DNA from: a virus
DNA length: 64,000 bases
Reading direction: 5' to 3' (one strand)
IMG/VR virus record: IMGVR_UViG_3300028827_000129
Location: 106,084-170,083 of that record
Shown here: positions 38,999 through 48,392 of the stretch, piece by piece
Layout of the letters: the number at the start of each line of letters is the position of its first letter
How positions within the stretch are numbered: the stretch's first letter is position 1
The notes under the pieces: model-generated
Told to the model about the DNA's origin: nothing
Seen by the model: the letters and a program-made list of their open reading frames with translations, nothing else
Database searches by the model: none
Program-made: the position numbers and the translations under genes

Positions 38999-41526
38999 TA
39001 GATAAAGTTCGTCAAGATTTTATATTAGGCAATTTAATTAAAGATAAAATAAAGTTAGGAGAATCCTTACTTATTACTGAGTTATTAAGTGAACTAGAGG
39101 AAATTGTCACTGATAAGGATTTATCCACTTCTTTTTTTGATGCAAAAGAGCATGAAGTCTCTTTTAATGAGCTGTCAAGTGCATCTAAATTTAATCGAAC
39201 TGTAGAGCAAATTTTTACAGAGATAAAGTTTTTAGAGTCGTCAATAGCCGCAACGGCTGTTAATGCCCATGAAAATCATATTAATAACGTCTCTAAATAT
39301 AAGGCTATACAACAGCGCATAAAGGAATTACGTAGCCGAATAGAAAATCTTTTGCTCTTAAATAAAGATACTGCTGGCTTTGTAAAGTTTGTAGGCGACA
39401 ATTTTTCAGATTTATCAAAAGTTGACCTATCTAAAACTACAGCAAATGTTGATGCAAAAACTGGTGTTGTAACACTATCTACGTCAGATAGTGTTACAAA
39501 TTATAAATCCCGCATTAATAATAATTTGTTTAGTACAAGTTTTAAAGTACTTTCTGCTAAAGAAGCTCCTTCTGGTATAGTTGAGCTACCTGGCTCTTCT
39601 ATTAAGAATGCTTTATCTGAAAGTGATGCTGTTTGGCATACAATTTTGCGATTCGTAAATAGTGTAGGTAGGGTTTCTGTAGAAGTATTATTTACATTTG
39701 AAAATAAAACAGATATAAGCAGTCTTTTTATTGATCTTCATGGTAATGTGTCTTCTGGTGTTATTGTTACGGTTCAGCATAGCGAAGACGGATATAATTG
39801 GTATAATGTCGATGGCGCAGATTCATCGAGAAATGTGATTAATAATTCTCTTTTTGTATTCAAGCAAATTAGTCCTAAATATTTAAGACTGATATTGACT
39901 AAGGAAACATACGACTATATTGATGCTGGATTTTATCATTATGAATTCGGGGCCAAGGAGATAAGTATTTACCACAATGCTTTTGTCAATGAATCTGTAC
40001 TATATTCCAAGCCGTTATCTCTTTTCGTAGATGATACAAAGTACAAATTTACAGGGTGTTCATTGCAGGTATGTCAAAAAACTCCTGGCAATTCCAAAAT
40101 TAAATATGAGGTAAGCTTTGATGATGGCACATACCAACCAATTGGCCCGTTGAATACAAATACTTCTGATCCGCTTATAGCTACAGTTAGTAACACCCCT
40201 GACTATACAAGATATGCAAGAATAGATCAGCATGGCAGGTATGATTTTAAATCCTATTCTCATATTTTATTAACAGGAGATTTAGGGAACCCCAGGTATA
40301 GTCAATCTGATGTTAGTGATGATGTTGCTATAAAAAATTCTATGAGAGTATGGAGGAATTGTGCGCATCAACATAGGAAAGCATATAAATATGGAATTGC
40401 TGCTGGGTGGGGTTACGACGGCATTAAATATTATTCATGTTATTTTTACTTGAATAATACTAAAACGTTTGATTTTGGCACATCCGCCTGCGAGATTGAC
40501 GGCAAGATTGTTACAGGTTCCGTTACAATTAAGCCCGGTGTGCATAAGTTTAGGACATCACAGACAAATTGGTTTGATGTTAGTAGGTATAGTGATGATG
40601 TATTAGCCCCGTACAACCATAAGAATATCATAGAAGGATTGAGTGCAGATATAGTTCAGGCCGAAGATGGGAAGTTCTACAAATGTATAAAAGATCATGT
40701 TTCTACTAACGATAATAAGCCAGGAGTAGGCGGAGGCAATAATCAATCTGATTGTTGGGTATTTGTGTATTCAGACAAGCGCGGCGGTGAATTAATTTGG
40801 GGTCTTGACGAAAATTACTATAGCCAAAAAGATTACTATCAAGGCGCGGATCTTAATGCTGAATTATTGATGACCGAAACATCTTTAATTGATTTTGAAT
40901 CTAATATAGATTCTAATGATTATTCTAAATTTGCAATAGTTAATTTAGGACATGCTAAGCGCTTGATTGTAAATTACGACATTTATAATCATGATGCAAA
41001 CGTATTGGATGAGCTTTTTGTAATACAGTGGAAAGAGGAAGAAGCTTCGGCATCAGAAATCAAATTAAAAGCAACATTGATTTCTGATGGGGAAAATTAC
41101 CCTACCCTGGGTGAATATATGATAAAGCTAGGTAATCCTGTCGTATTTATAGACTCCGAACTTATAAAGGGGGATTATATAGAACCTGTCCCTCCACAGG
41201 TTACCGGGTTTTCCGCATCTTTAGTTAATAAAGACGTAATTAGCTTTACATGGGATAAGATACAACCTAATAGTGGATGGGGCGAAGCTTTACCGGCTCC
41301 AAGGTACGAAATCAGGCGAGGTAAAAATTGGGCAGAGTCAGAGTTAGTTGATACAGCAATATCATGGTCGTCTGAATGGAAGACATATATAACGCCTGCT
41401 GATAAGGCTGCTGCAAAGTCGAACCCTATTAATGATGATGTAACTTATCTAATTCGTGCATATAACTCTATGGGGTACAGTGAATTAGTGGCTTCTACTA
41501 CTATTAGCTTAACTGGGGCACTATAA
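38995..41526 (+). CDS. Virion structural protein, paralogue C, with CBM-like and FN3-like modules
   Basis: DNFSD..KVD...ANVD...VVTLS, YEFGAKEI, YPTLGEYMIK; PPQVTGF...FTW...YEIRRG...YLIRAYN (FN3-like). Confidence 0.5.
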   Translation: MIDKVRQDFILGNLIKDKIKLGESLLITELLSELEEIVTDKDLSTSFFDAKEHEVSFNELSSASKFNRTVEQIFTEIKFLESSIAATAVNAHENHINNVSKYKAIQQRIKELRSRIENLLLLNKDTAGFVKFVGDNFSDLSKVDLSKTTANVDAKTGVVTLSTSDSVTNYKSRINNNLFSTSFKVLSAKEAPSGIVELPGSSIKNALSESDAVWHTILRFVNSVGRVSVEVLFTFENKTDISSLFIDLHGNVSSGVIVTVQHSEDGYNWYNVDGADSSRNVINNSLFVFKQISPKYLRLILTKETYDYIDAGFYHYEFGAKEISIYHNAFVNESVLYSKPLSLFVDDTKYKFTGCSLQVCQKTPGNSKIKYEVSFDDGTYQPIGPLNTNTSDPLIATVSNTPDYTRYARIDQHGRYDFKSYSHILLTGDLGNPRYSQSDVSDDVAIKNSMRVWRNCAHQHRKAYKYGIAAGWGYDGIKYYSCYFYLNNTKTFDFGTSACEIDGKIVTGSVTIKPGVHKFRTSQTNWFDVSRYSDDVLAPYNHKNIIEGLSADIVQAEDGKFYKCIKDHVSTNDNKPGVGGGNNQSDCWVFVYSDKRGGELIWGLDENYYSQKDYYQGADLNAELLMTETSLIDFESNIDSNDYSKFAIVNLGHAKRLIVNYDIYNHDANVLDELFVIQWKEEEASASEIKLKATLISDGENYPTLGEYMIKLGNPVVFIDSELIKGDYIEPVPPQVTGFSASLVNKDVISFTWDKIQPNSGWGEALPAPRYEIRRGKNWAESELVDTAISWSSEWKTYITPADKAAAKSNPINDDVTYLIRAYNSMGYSELVASTTISLTGAL

Positions 41527-41530
41527 TATA
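41521..41530 (+). promoter_or_regulatory. Putative late-promoter box CTATAATATA
   Basis: Overlaps the upstream stop and precedes the AAGGAG RBS of 41548. Confidence 0.5.
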
Positions 41531-41547
41531 ATAAGAAGGAGATAATA

Positions 41548-42177
41548 ATGCCTAAGCCTAGAGACATACAACTTTCCTTTGTTCATCCACATTTCCCTGA
41601 AAGCAAACCTGCGTCAACAAGGGAAATGAATTTGGTTTTTGGTGATATCCAAAACGATCTGAAAGCGATTACCTATGAGTTTAATAATGTTATTCTCCCT
41701 TTATTGAAAACTTTACCATATTCGCCTGTTGATCCGAATGTTGATGCATTTGATAGCGCGACTGGTGCATTAGACGGTAAACATATCTATGTTGACGAAC
41801 ATGTAACCAGTGGCGCGTATTATAACGCCAAAGACAATGTCCCAAAAACAATATATGAGGTTTTTGCTGAATTTAAGACTAGATTAGATGATTTAGATGC
41901 TAAATATAATGGCAATTTAAAAAATGCAGATAAAGTTGACGGGTTTGATGCCAGTATGTCTCCGGGGTCTGGTACAATACCAGTGACAGATCAAAATGGC
42001 GACTTAAATTTACCTAGTGGTTCTGTAAATTGTAATGGTTATTTGGCTATTGCTGATGGAATGAGCGAACCTGCAACTGCTGTTGGGAAAGCTATTATTT
42101 ATGTAGATCAAACATCTGGCGATTTAATGGTAAAATTCTCTGATGGGACTATAAAGACGATTGTTGTTGATACATAA
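41548..42177 (+). CDS. Small tail fibre-like protein
   Basis: NADKVDGFDAS fibre motif, short coiled coil, strong RBS. Confidence 0.5.
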   Translation: MPKPRDIQLSFVHPHFPESKPASTREMNLVFGDIQNDLKAITYEFNNVILPLLKTLPYSPVDPNVDAFDSATGALDGKHIYVDEHVTSGAYYNAKDNVPKTIYEVFAEFKTRLDDLDAKYNGNLKNADKVDGFDASMSPGSGTIPVTDQNGDLNLPSGSVNCNGYLAIADGMSEPATAVGKAIIYVDQTSGDLMVKFSDGTIKTIVVDT

Positions 42178-42189
42178 GGAGAATAGTTA

Positions 42190-42387
42190 ATGGCTATTAC
42201 TGATGAAGAATTTTTAACACTACAAGAAGCAGTAAATGATTTAATAGATGTTGTTAATGCAGCATTGGTAACTAAGTTACAGTGGCAGCAAGTAAATAGC
42301 ATCTTCGAGGCAGAACTTAACTCCATCAAAGAAAGACTTGATAAAATCGAGTCTGACATCAAGATCCTACAATCCTTCCACAATTAA
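42190..42387 (+). CDS. Small coiled-coil protein
   Basis: AAGGAG RBS and heptad pattern; last gene before the terminator. Confidence 0.55.
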   Translation: MAITDEEFLTLQEAVNDLIDVVNAALVTKLQWQQVNSIFEAELNSIKERLDKIESDIKILQSFHN

Positions 42388-42416
42388 AGTAGGCATAATG
42401 CCTACTTTTCTTTTTC
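42386..42416 (+). terminator. Rho-independent terminator closing the tail module
   Basis: AAAGTAGGCA-TAA-TGCCTACTTT followed by TCTTTTTC. Confidence 0.8.
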
Positions 42417-42420
42417 TGTA

Positions 42421-42429
42421 TGTTATAAT
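42421..42429 (+). promoter_or_regulatory. Extended -10 promoter (TGnTATAAT)
   Basis: TGTTATAAT just after the terminator and about 30 nt before the GAGGTG RBS/ATG of 42459. Confidence 0.55.
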
Positions 42430-42458
42430 AATATAAAATTTAAAAAGAGAGGTGTTCT

Positions 42459-44348
42459 ATGCCCAAATTACCTTATTTTAATTTATTTGAACTAACAGAC
42501 AAACAATTACTTAACCCAATTGAATTATATCCACCAAGGTCTAAAAATTTAAGACCTTCTGAAGCTTCTATTATTAATAGGGTTACTGGGGAGCCATCAG
42601 GGAAATGCGCTAGGGCTGTTTATTATAGGCTCATGGACGCTCCTATTACAGATCCGCCATTGCCGAAGATGTACTATACTTGGATGATGGGGAAGCTTTT
42701 TGAAGATAGATTAGTAGAAGAGTGGAAAAAGATGGGCTTATATGTAGCTAATTCTGTTAGGTTTTATAATGGAAGATACCATTTGTCCGGCGAATTAGAC
42801 TGCGTGATTAAACATCCAGACATCCCTGATCAACTAATAGGACTAGAAGTAAAAACTGGATATGGTTATAATTATGAAAAGCAAGTAATAGGCACAATTA
42901 ATACAATGGGGCAGCCTAAGATTGAGAACTTATTACAGGCCTCAATATATTTAAATGAATTTAAGCATTCTATTGCTATGTTTAAAATCCCGTGTATGAC
43001 AAGAGATTCTATGAAAAGAGCGGAGTTTGATATAGAATTAATTGATGGAGGCAAGAGGGTAACAGTAAATGGTAAGGTTCAACATGCCTTCTTGATAGAA
43101 GATATTTATAATCGCTTTGATTATATGTGGGAGCATTATGAAAAACAAATTATTCCTCAAAGAGACTACATGCTTAAATGGGATGATGAAACCATAGAAC
43201 GCAAATATGATTCTGGAGATTTATCTGAAAGTGCCTATAAGAAATTTAAAGGCGCTAGGAGGCCAGATACACGTGAAAAGTACCGTCCTGGCGATTGGCA
43301 GTGTTTTGCTCCTAGAACATTAGTGTGGATGTCTAATGGTGAAATGAAGACGATCAAAGACATAAAAGTAGGAGATGAAGTTGTCAGCATTGATGGTCCT
43401 ACAAAAGTAGTTAAAGTAGGGAGTAAGACGACTAATAGTAAAATGGTTACAGTTAAGCCAGCAGGCACACTTGGTGTGGATTGTACTGAAGATCATAAGT
43501 GGTTGATTGGGTCTTGGGACAATTGGGATGAATTTTGTCGCATGGAAACGATTAACCCTAAATTAATGCAGGCAAAGGATATTATTGCTTTTGATGGTAA
43601 AGAAAATATAGACAGGGTAGACGTAGTCTTTATTCCTGTTATTGATTTTTCGTATGAGTCAGATTTAACCATAGAACTATGTGAATTTTTAGGTTATTAT
43701 GCAGCTTTAGGGGACTTAGAAGATCTCAAATATGATAGAGTGACTTTTGTTTTAGACTCTGATAACATGGCCGTTGTAGACAAGATCGTTGAGTTAGGCA
43801 TAAATTTATCAGATAAAAATTCTTGCAACATTGCCTTGACCCATGATGTAGATGGCAAAGAAATTTTGAAAATAATTTTCAGATCTAAAAAATTATTAAA
43901 TTATGTGAGAAAAAATATTATTGGAGACAATAATGAAAATAAAACACTGAGCCACAATATCATGGGCTTGGATCATTGGTCTACAGACGTTTTTTTAAGT
44001 GCTGTTGCTGCTGGACATCAGAATATCGTTAAAGTGGCATCTAAAATTTTAAGCTTACAATATCAACAACTTTTTTGGAAAGTTGATGTCCCAGTTGTAG
44101 TGAAACATATTGACGGCATTGGATATTCGATACAGTTTACTGTTCTTGAAAGTGTAAAATTAGTAAGAGTTTTCAATAAAAAATTTGCAGCATTAAGAAT
44201 AGAAGATGTTATAAGTACAGAAAAGACAGATAAAGTTTACGATATAGAAGTTGATAGTACACATCATGTATTTGCAACAAGTGGAGGATTAGCCAGCAAT
44301 TGCAGTTATTGTCAATATAAAACTTACTGCTGGTCTAGCGACAAATAA
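42459..44348 (+). CDS. Cas4-like PD-(D/E)xK Fe-S exonuclease, intein-containing
   Basis: RPSE...KCARAVYY, G..FE, SGELDC, LEVKTG and QASIY; after intein removal the C-terminus reads DWQ-CSYCQYKTYC (296-aa extein). Confidence 0.8.
   Translation: MPKLPYFNLFELTDKQLLNPIELYPPRSKNLRPSEASIINRVTGEPSGKCARAVYYRLMDAPITDPPLPKMYYTWMMGKLFEDRLVEEWKKMGLYVANSVRFYNGRYHLSGELDCVIKHPDIPDQLIGLEVKTGYGYNYEKQVIGTINTMGQPKIENLLQASIYLNEFKHSIAMFKIPCMTRDSMKRAEFDIELIDGGKRVTVNGKVQHAFLIEDIYNRFDYMWEHYEKQIIPQRDYMLKWDDETIERKYDSGDLSESAYKKFKGARRPDTREKYRPGDWQCFAPRTLVWMSNGEMKTIKDIKVGDEVVSIDGPTKVVKVGSKTTNSKMVTVKPAGTLGVDCTEDHKWLIGSWDNWDEFCRMETINPKLMQAKDIIAFDGKENIDRVDVVFIPVIDFSYESDLTIELCEFLGYYAALGDLEDLKYDRVTFVLDSDNMAVVDKIVELGINLSDKNSCNIALTHDVDGKEILKIIFRSKKLLNYVRKNIIGDNNENKTLSHNIMGLDHWSTDVFLSAVAAGHQNIVKVASKILSLQYQQLFWKVDVPVVVKHIDGIGYSIQFTVLESVKLVRVFNKKFAALRIEDVISTEKTDKVYDIEVDSTHHVFATSGGLASNCSYCQYKTYCWSSDK
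43302..44300 (+). mobile_element. Intein (333 aa) with a degenerate LAGLIDADG homing endonuclease region
   Basis: Block A CFAPRTLVWM, block B CTEDHKW, block F VYDIEV..HHVFA, block G GLASN|C; remnants FLGYYAALG and FLSAVAAG. Confidence 0.9.
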
Positions 44349-44350
44349 TA

Positions 44351-44380
44351 TTGTTTTTGCCTTGTATTTTATGGTATAAT
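44351..44380 (+). promoter_or_regulatory. Sigma70-type promoter (TTGTTT-18-TATAAT with extended TG)
   Basis: TGGTATAAT at 44372-44380, upstream of the GAGGTG RBS and ATG at 44408. Confidence 0.5.
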
Positions 44381-44407
44381 ATTATCAAAAATAAAACGAG
44401 GTGTGAT

Positions 44408-46858
44408 ATGCGTTTTAATAATCTTGATACTGTAATTGCAGAGTTGAGGCCGTTTTTAAAGAATTATTTAGAAGAGCATAATATTGATACAACAAAAAAG
44501 TTTAACTGCCTTAATCCAAAGCATGAAGACGCGGACCCGTCTATGTCATTTATTCCTGACTCGAATGGCGAGGCATGCTTATGTTTTGGGTGTGGTGTTA
44601 CGGTGGACATATTTAAAGCTGCCCATTTTCTAGAGCATAAACCAATGCAAGGAAAAGGTTTTATTTATGATAATGTAATTTATTTAGCAGAAAAGTATGG
44701 CATCAAAGTAATGATGACAGAGCCTACAGATGAAGAAATTTATGAGATGTCTATTTATAGGGCATATTATGAAGCTGCAGAATATATTGCTCATACTAAG
44801 TATACAGATCTGGGATCCCGTGAGATCGCCTCTCGCGGCTGGACAGAGGATTTCTGTCGCTCCCACTATATAGGGACTGTACCAAGCTTTAAGGCCTTCA
44901 GAGAGGCTCTGAAGGCCTCTGGCTTTAAACCTTCGTTTATTGACGACATAGATCTTGGACGTGAAGATATTTTTAACGAGAATAATTTGATTTTCACAAT
45001 TTTTGACGACTTGGGGAGGCCTGTGGCTTTCGCAGCGAGGAATTTAAAATATGATGGCGTAAATGGGTTAAAATATATTAATTCTTCTGGTAAAAGAGGC
45101 GATGGCGGCCATGCCGCTACTTTATCAGGCAAATGCAATATTTACAGAAAAGGTGAAATTTTATATGGATTTAATTTAATAAAAAATCAAGGTGGTCCAT
45201 TGTATATTTTTGAAGGCTATGCAGATTGGGCCACTGCAAAATCATCTGGGGTGAATAATTGTGTAGCAGTCGGTGGAACGGCCTTTACTGAAAAGCATAT
45301 AGAGTTGTTGCAGCAATATAATCGTCGTGATATTGTTTTTGTATTTGATGCAGATAAGGGCGGCAAAGAAAGTATTTTAAGAATCTTAGATAAGGTTTTA
45401 GTTGGCTATAAAGATATTAAAGTGCATATTATTGCTTTGCCAGATGGCTATGACCCAGATGAATTTATTAGAGAACATGGTATAGAAAATTTTTACGCCT
45501 TAAAGATAAAGACTGCTTTTCAATGGCGTTTAGACCAATATACAGATATTGATGATCCTATTGACATTTGTAATACAATGGTCCCGATTATAGCTGCAGA
45601 ACCTTCAGCTGTTATGCGGGATCAAATGGTAAAAGAGTTAGCGCAATTTACGGGCATTAAAGAAAAGAATATTGATCGCGACGTAGAAAGAATTGTCAAT
45701 GCTAAAGAAAAGGAAGTTGAGAGGCGTAAAGAGGAAATTATTGATAGGACAATAAGGGAGATAAGATTTTCTGGTGGAGACGCCGCATCGATGTTATATT
45801 CTGCTGCAGAGCAGATTAAAGATATAGAGGTCGCTAACAATGAAGATTCTTATTCTAAGGAATCTTTTTTAGATCGCCTTGACAATATTAAAATTACTCA
45901 AGAAACAAAATCTTCTTGGGACGACTGTTTTGTTCTTGGAAAACAATTTAAAGAATTTGAAAATAAGATGAAAGGTGAATGGAAAAAGGACGTTTTGATA
46001 TTAGTTGGCGGGAGTCCGAATAGCGGCAAAACAACATTTTTGTCTAATTTATCATTAGATATAGCCATGAATAATGATGACGCGCTGGTAATTTTTCACA
46101 CTATCGATGACACAATGGAACAATTTGTCCCCCGCTTAGTTACTGCTTTATATGGTGAACCAGATAGCGGCCTAACGATAAATAAAGTAAAGAATCCGAA
46201 TTTGTATGATGATGTGGATGAGATCAAGGACAAGCGTGAAATAGGCTATAGACGATTAAAGGCTTTAGTAGAGCAAAATAAGTATGTTGTTAAAGATGCC
46301 AATGACGGTACTGGTTTTGCTTACATTGAATCATTGATTAAATATTACATTGATCGCTATCCAGATAAACAAATAGTTTACTTTTTAGATAATTTGCATA
46401 AAATTTATGGATTCGACAACAGTAAAGAAGAAAGAGTTAAGTGGCGGACTATTTCACAGAACATGAAGCGTCTTGCTACTAAATATCATATACCAGTTTT
46501 ATGTTCTATTGAGTATCGGAAGCTACAGCATGGAGCTAGGCCTTCTAATAATGATATTTTGGAATCTGTTCAATTTGAATATGATGCCAATTTGATTTTA
46601 CATTTATATAATGAATTGCATTCTTTACGAACAGATTCTGTTTTATACACACTGAGCGAAACGACAAGAAATCAAATTCCTATTGTTGAAGTCATTTTCG
46701 GCAAAAATAAGATTACAGATTTTAAAGATAGCTTATATTTTAATTTTTATACTGACCAAAATATATATGAACGGGTTGATAGAGATTTTGTATTTAGTTT
46801 AAAACGCAGTGTTGATAGCGATCAACAAAAAGGATGGCGTACAGGAGGCTATGCATAA
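44408..46858 (+). CDS. DnaG-type primase / DnaB-type helicase fusion
   Basis: CHC2 zinc finger (CLNPKH.D..PS...CFGCG), TOPRIM (EGYAD, FDAD..G, DPDEF), Walker A GSPNSGKTT and Walker B YFLDNLH. ATG 44408 with an RBS is preferred to TTG 44351. Confidence 0.9.
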   Translation: MRFNNLDTVIAELRPFLKNYLEEHNIDTTKKFNCLNPKHEDADPSMSFIPDSNGEACLCFGCGVTVDIFKAAHFLEHKPMQGKGFIYDNVIYLAEKYGIKVMMTEPTDEEIYEMSIYRAYYEAAEYIAHTKYTDLGSREIASRGWTEDFCRSHYIGTVPSFKAFREALKASGFKPSFIDDIDLGREDIFNENNLIFTIFDDLGRPVAFAARNLKYDGVNGLKYINSSGKRGDGGHAATLSGKCNIYRKGEILYGFNLIKNQGGPLYIFEGYADWATAKSSGVNNCVAVGGTAFTEKHIELLQQYNRRDIVFVFDADKGGKESILRILDKVLVGYKDIKVHIIALPDGYDPDEFIREHGIENFYALKIKTAFQWRLDQYTDIDDPIDICNTMVPIIAAEPSAVMRDQMVKELAQFTGIKEKNIDRDVERIVNAKEKEVERRKEEIIDRTIREIRFSGGDAASMLYSAAEQIKDIEVANNEDSYSKESFLDRLDNIKITQETKSSWDDCFVLGKQFKEFENKMKGEWKKDVLILVGGSPNSGKTTFLSNLSLDIAMNNDDALVIFHTIDDTMEQFVPRLVTALYGEPDSGLTINKVKNPNLYDDVDEIKDKREIGYRRLKALVEQNKYVVKDANDGTGFAYIESLIKYYIDRYPDKQIVYFLDNLHKIYGFDNSKEERVKWRTISQNMKRLATKYHIPVLCSIEYRKLQHGARPSNNDILESVQFEYDANLILHLYNELHSLRTDSVLYTLSETTRNQIPIVEVIFGKNKITDFKDSLYFNFYTDQNIYERVDRDFVFSLKRSVDSDQQKGWRTGGYA

Positions 46859-47569
46859 ATGAGGCTTACAATACAGGACCTAAAGGATTATACATTTTGC
46901 CCGCATTATTTTAAGTTCAACAATGGTCAATACTTCTATTCTATAGGAGTTGATAAGCATTATTATGAAAGTCTTGTGCGGACAGTTAAACAAATTTATG
47001 CTAGACAACTAGAGACAGAAAGAAAGGTCAGGTGGGATGAAGTTACAAATAAATGGAATAAATTCTTTTGGCAATCTAAAGACCCATCAAGTAAAGAACA
47101 TAGAGTTCAAAGTAATAATGGCTTTTTATGCCTTAAGGATTATTATGATAAATACTTAGAAAGAAAAGAGTATGTTTTGGCCGTTAATTGCCCTTACCAT
47201 CATTGGGCCGGGGACCATGTTGTTAGTGATTCAATCCCTGTGCTGTTGGCATCAGAAGATGAAGTTGTGTGTTTGTTGTTTGATCAGGATATAAATACTC
47301 AGATGCCGTTATACAGAAGCATAGAGGTACAAATGATTTCTGTTGTTCTTAAGGATCTTTTCCCCGACAAGAAGCTAAAGATAGTCAATAATTTTTACGG
47401 TAAAGGCCCAATGAAATTTACAGAATCTTATGTATATCCTACAGATGATTTTGTGGCTCAAAGTAAAATAATGGTCGATATAGTTATAAGAAATGTTGGT
47501 GCCGGCCTTACCTTTTCTAATATTTATGGCTGTAAATTTTGCCCAAGAAACAATATTTGTTTTGAATAA
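46859..47569 (+). CDS. Cas4/RecB-like Fe-S protein, nuclease site apparently degenerate
   Basis: N-terminal DYTFCPHYF and C-terminal CKFCPRNNIC give a 1+3 Cys pattern; no clear D...(D/E)xK. Confidence 0.6.
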   Translation: MRLTIQDLKDYTFCPHYFKFNNGQYFYSIGVDKHYYESLVRTVKQIYARQLETERKVRWDEVTNKWNKFFWQSKDPSSKEHRVQSNNGFLCLKDYYDKYLERKEYVLAVNCPYHHWAGDHVVSDSIPVLLASEDEVVCLLFDQDINTQMPLYRSIEVQMISVVLKDLFPDKKLKIVNNFYGKGPMKFTESYVYPTDDFVAQSKIMVDIVIRNVGAGLTFSNIYGCKFCPRNNICFE

Positions 47570-47581
47570 GGAGATGATATT

Positions 47582-47740
47582 ATGAGTTTCAGTTTTGTCG
47601 ATAAAAATGGTAAAATAAAGTATATATTAGATGATAATGGAGAAATAAGAGAAGTAGAGACTAATAAGATCATAAAAGACGCAGAAGAGGAAGATCAAGA
47701 AGAAAAAGACGAGCAAGAAAATACTGAAGAGGAGGTTTAA
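47582..47740 (+). CDS. Small acidic protein (52 aa, not in ORF track)
   Basis: AAGGAG RBS; MSFSFVDKNGKIKYILDDNGEIRE...EEEDQEEKDEQENTEEEV; fills the intergenic gap. Confidence 0.6.
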   Translation: MSFSFVDKNGKIKYILDDNGEIREVETNKIIKDAEEEDQEEKDEQENTEEEV

Positions 47741-47743
47741 GAT

Positions 47744-48133
47744 ATGCCATCTATTATGCCACAACCAATGGGGATGTCAGTATTAGAGAATAAAATCCCT
47801 ACATTACGTTGCGATAATTGCAAGAATGATTGGCTTGAGCAGATTATGGTTTCTAAGTACGATCAACATGCAATTGCTATCGGTTTAAAGAAGCCTAATA
47901 TAGTAGACAAGCCGCAAATTTATCTATTTAGATGTATTAAATGCGGCACTATTCTTGAGCACCAAGTTCCATATACTGGGAACAATCATATACAAAAGCT
48001 ATGGGAAGATGTTATGGAGACAATTGGCCGCAGGAATACAAAACCTGAAGCGTCAGCAAAAAAGGCTGCACCAAAGGCTAAAAAGCAAAATACAGCCAAG
48101 ACACAAGAGAAGGAAAAGAATGAAGATAATTGA
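47744..48133 (+). CDS. Zinc-ribbon protein with basic tail
   Basis: CDNC...CIKC, a KKAAPKAKK tail and a GGAGG RBS. Confidence 0.6.
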   Translation: MPSIMPQPMGMSVLENKIPTLRCDNCKNDWLEQIMVSKYDQHAIAIGLKKPNIVDKPQIYLFRCIKCGTILEHQVPYTGNNHIQKLWEDVMETIGRRNTKPEASAKKAAPKAKKQNTAKTQEKEKNEDN

Positions 48134-48392
48134 TTCTTCTGTTTATCCATTGCAAAGTGACCAGTCTGTGTATCACTTGGCGACATTAGTTGATGGAGTT
48201 AGGGAATATGTAGCGTTTTTGCTGGATAATAAAGTATACATTGAAGAGATAACTGGAGGTAATTTAAAATATATCGACGATGATGATATCGCAAAGGAAG
48301 CAGAGGAGCTTTTATTAGATGCCGGCATATTGCATCCTATGAATATAGCTGCTAAAATAAAGAGATGGGAAGATACACAGAGGAAGAATTAG
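48120..48392 (+). CDS. Hypothetical protein (about 90 aa)
   Basis: ATG at 48120 overlaps the upstream gene end; the track's start at 47955 is a spurious extension. Confidence 0.55.
   Translation: MKIIDSSVYPLQSDQSVYHLATLVDGVREYVAFLLDNKVYIEEITGGNLKYIDDDDIAKEAEELLLDAGILHPMNIAAKIKRWEDTQRKN

Noticed and set aside
1-42387. Extracellular contractile injection system or tailocin instead of a phage
   Set aside because: The tail genes are contiguous with primase-helicase, RusA, sigma factor, PhoH and Hsp20, as in a large lytic phage genome.
43670-44030. Active homing endonuclease in the intein
   Set aside because: Both LAGLIDADG-like motifs lack the catalytic acidic residues.
44351-44407. ORF-track starts at 44351 (also 33673, 47955 and 53699)
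   Set aside because: Downstream ATGs with RBS or translational coupling (44408, 33685, 48120, 53711) fit better; the 44351 extension overlaps a promoter.
42459-47569. CRISPR-Cas system suggested by the Cas4-like genes
   Set aside because: No repeat-spacer array and no cas1, cas2 or effector genes in the window; solo Cas4-like nucleases are common in phages.
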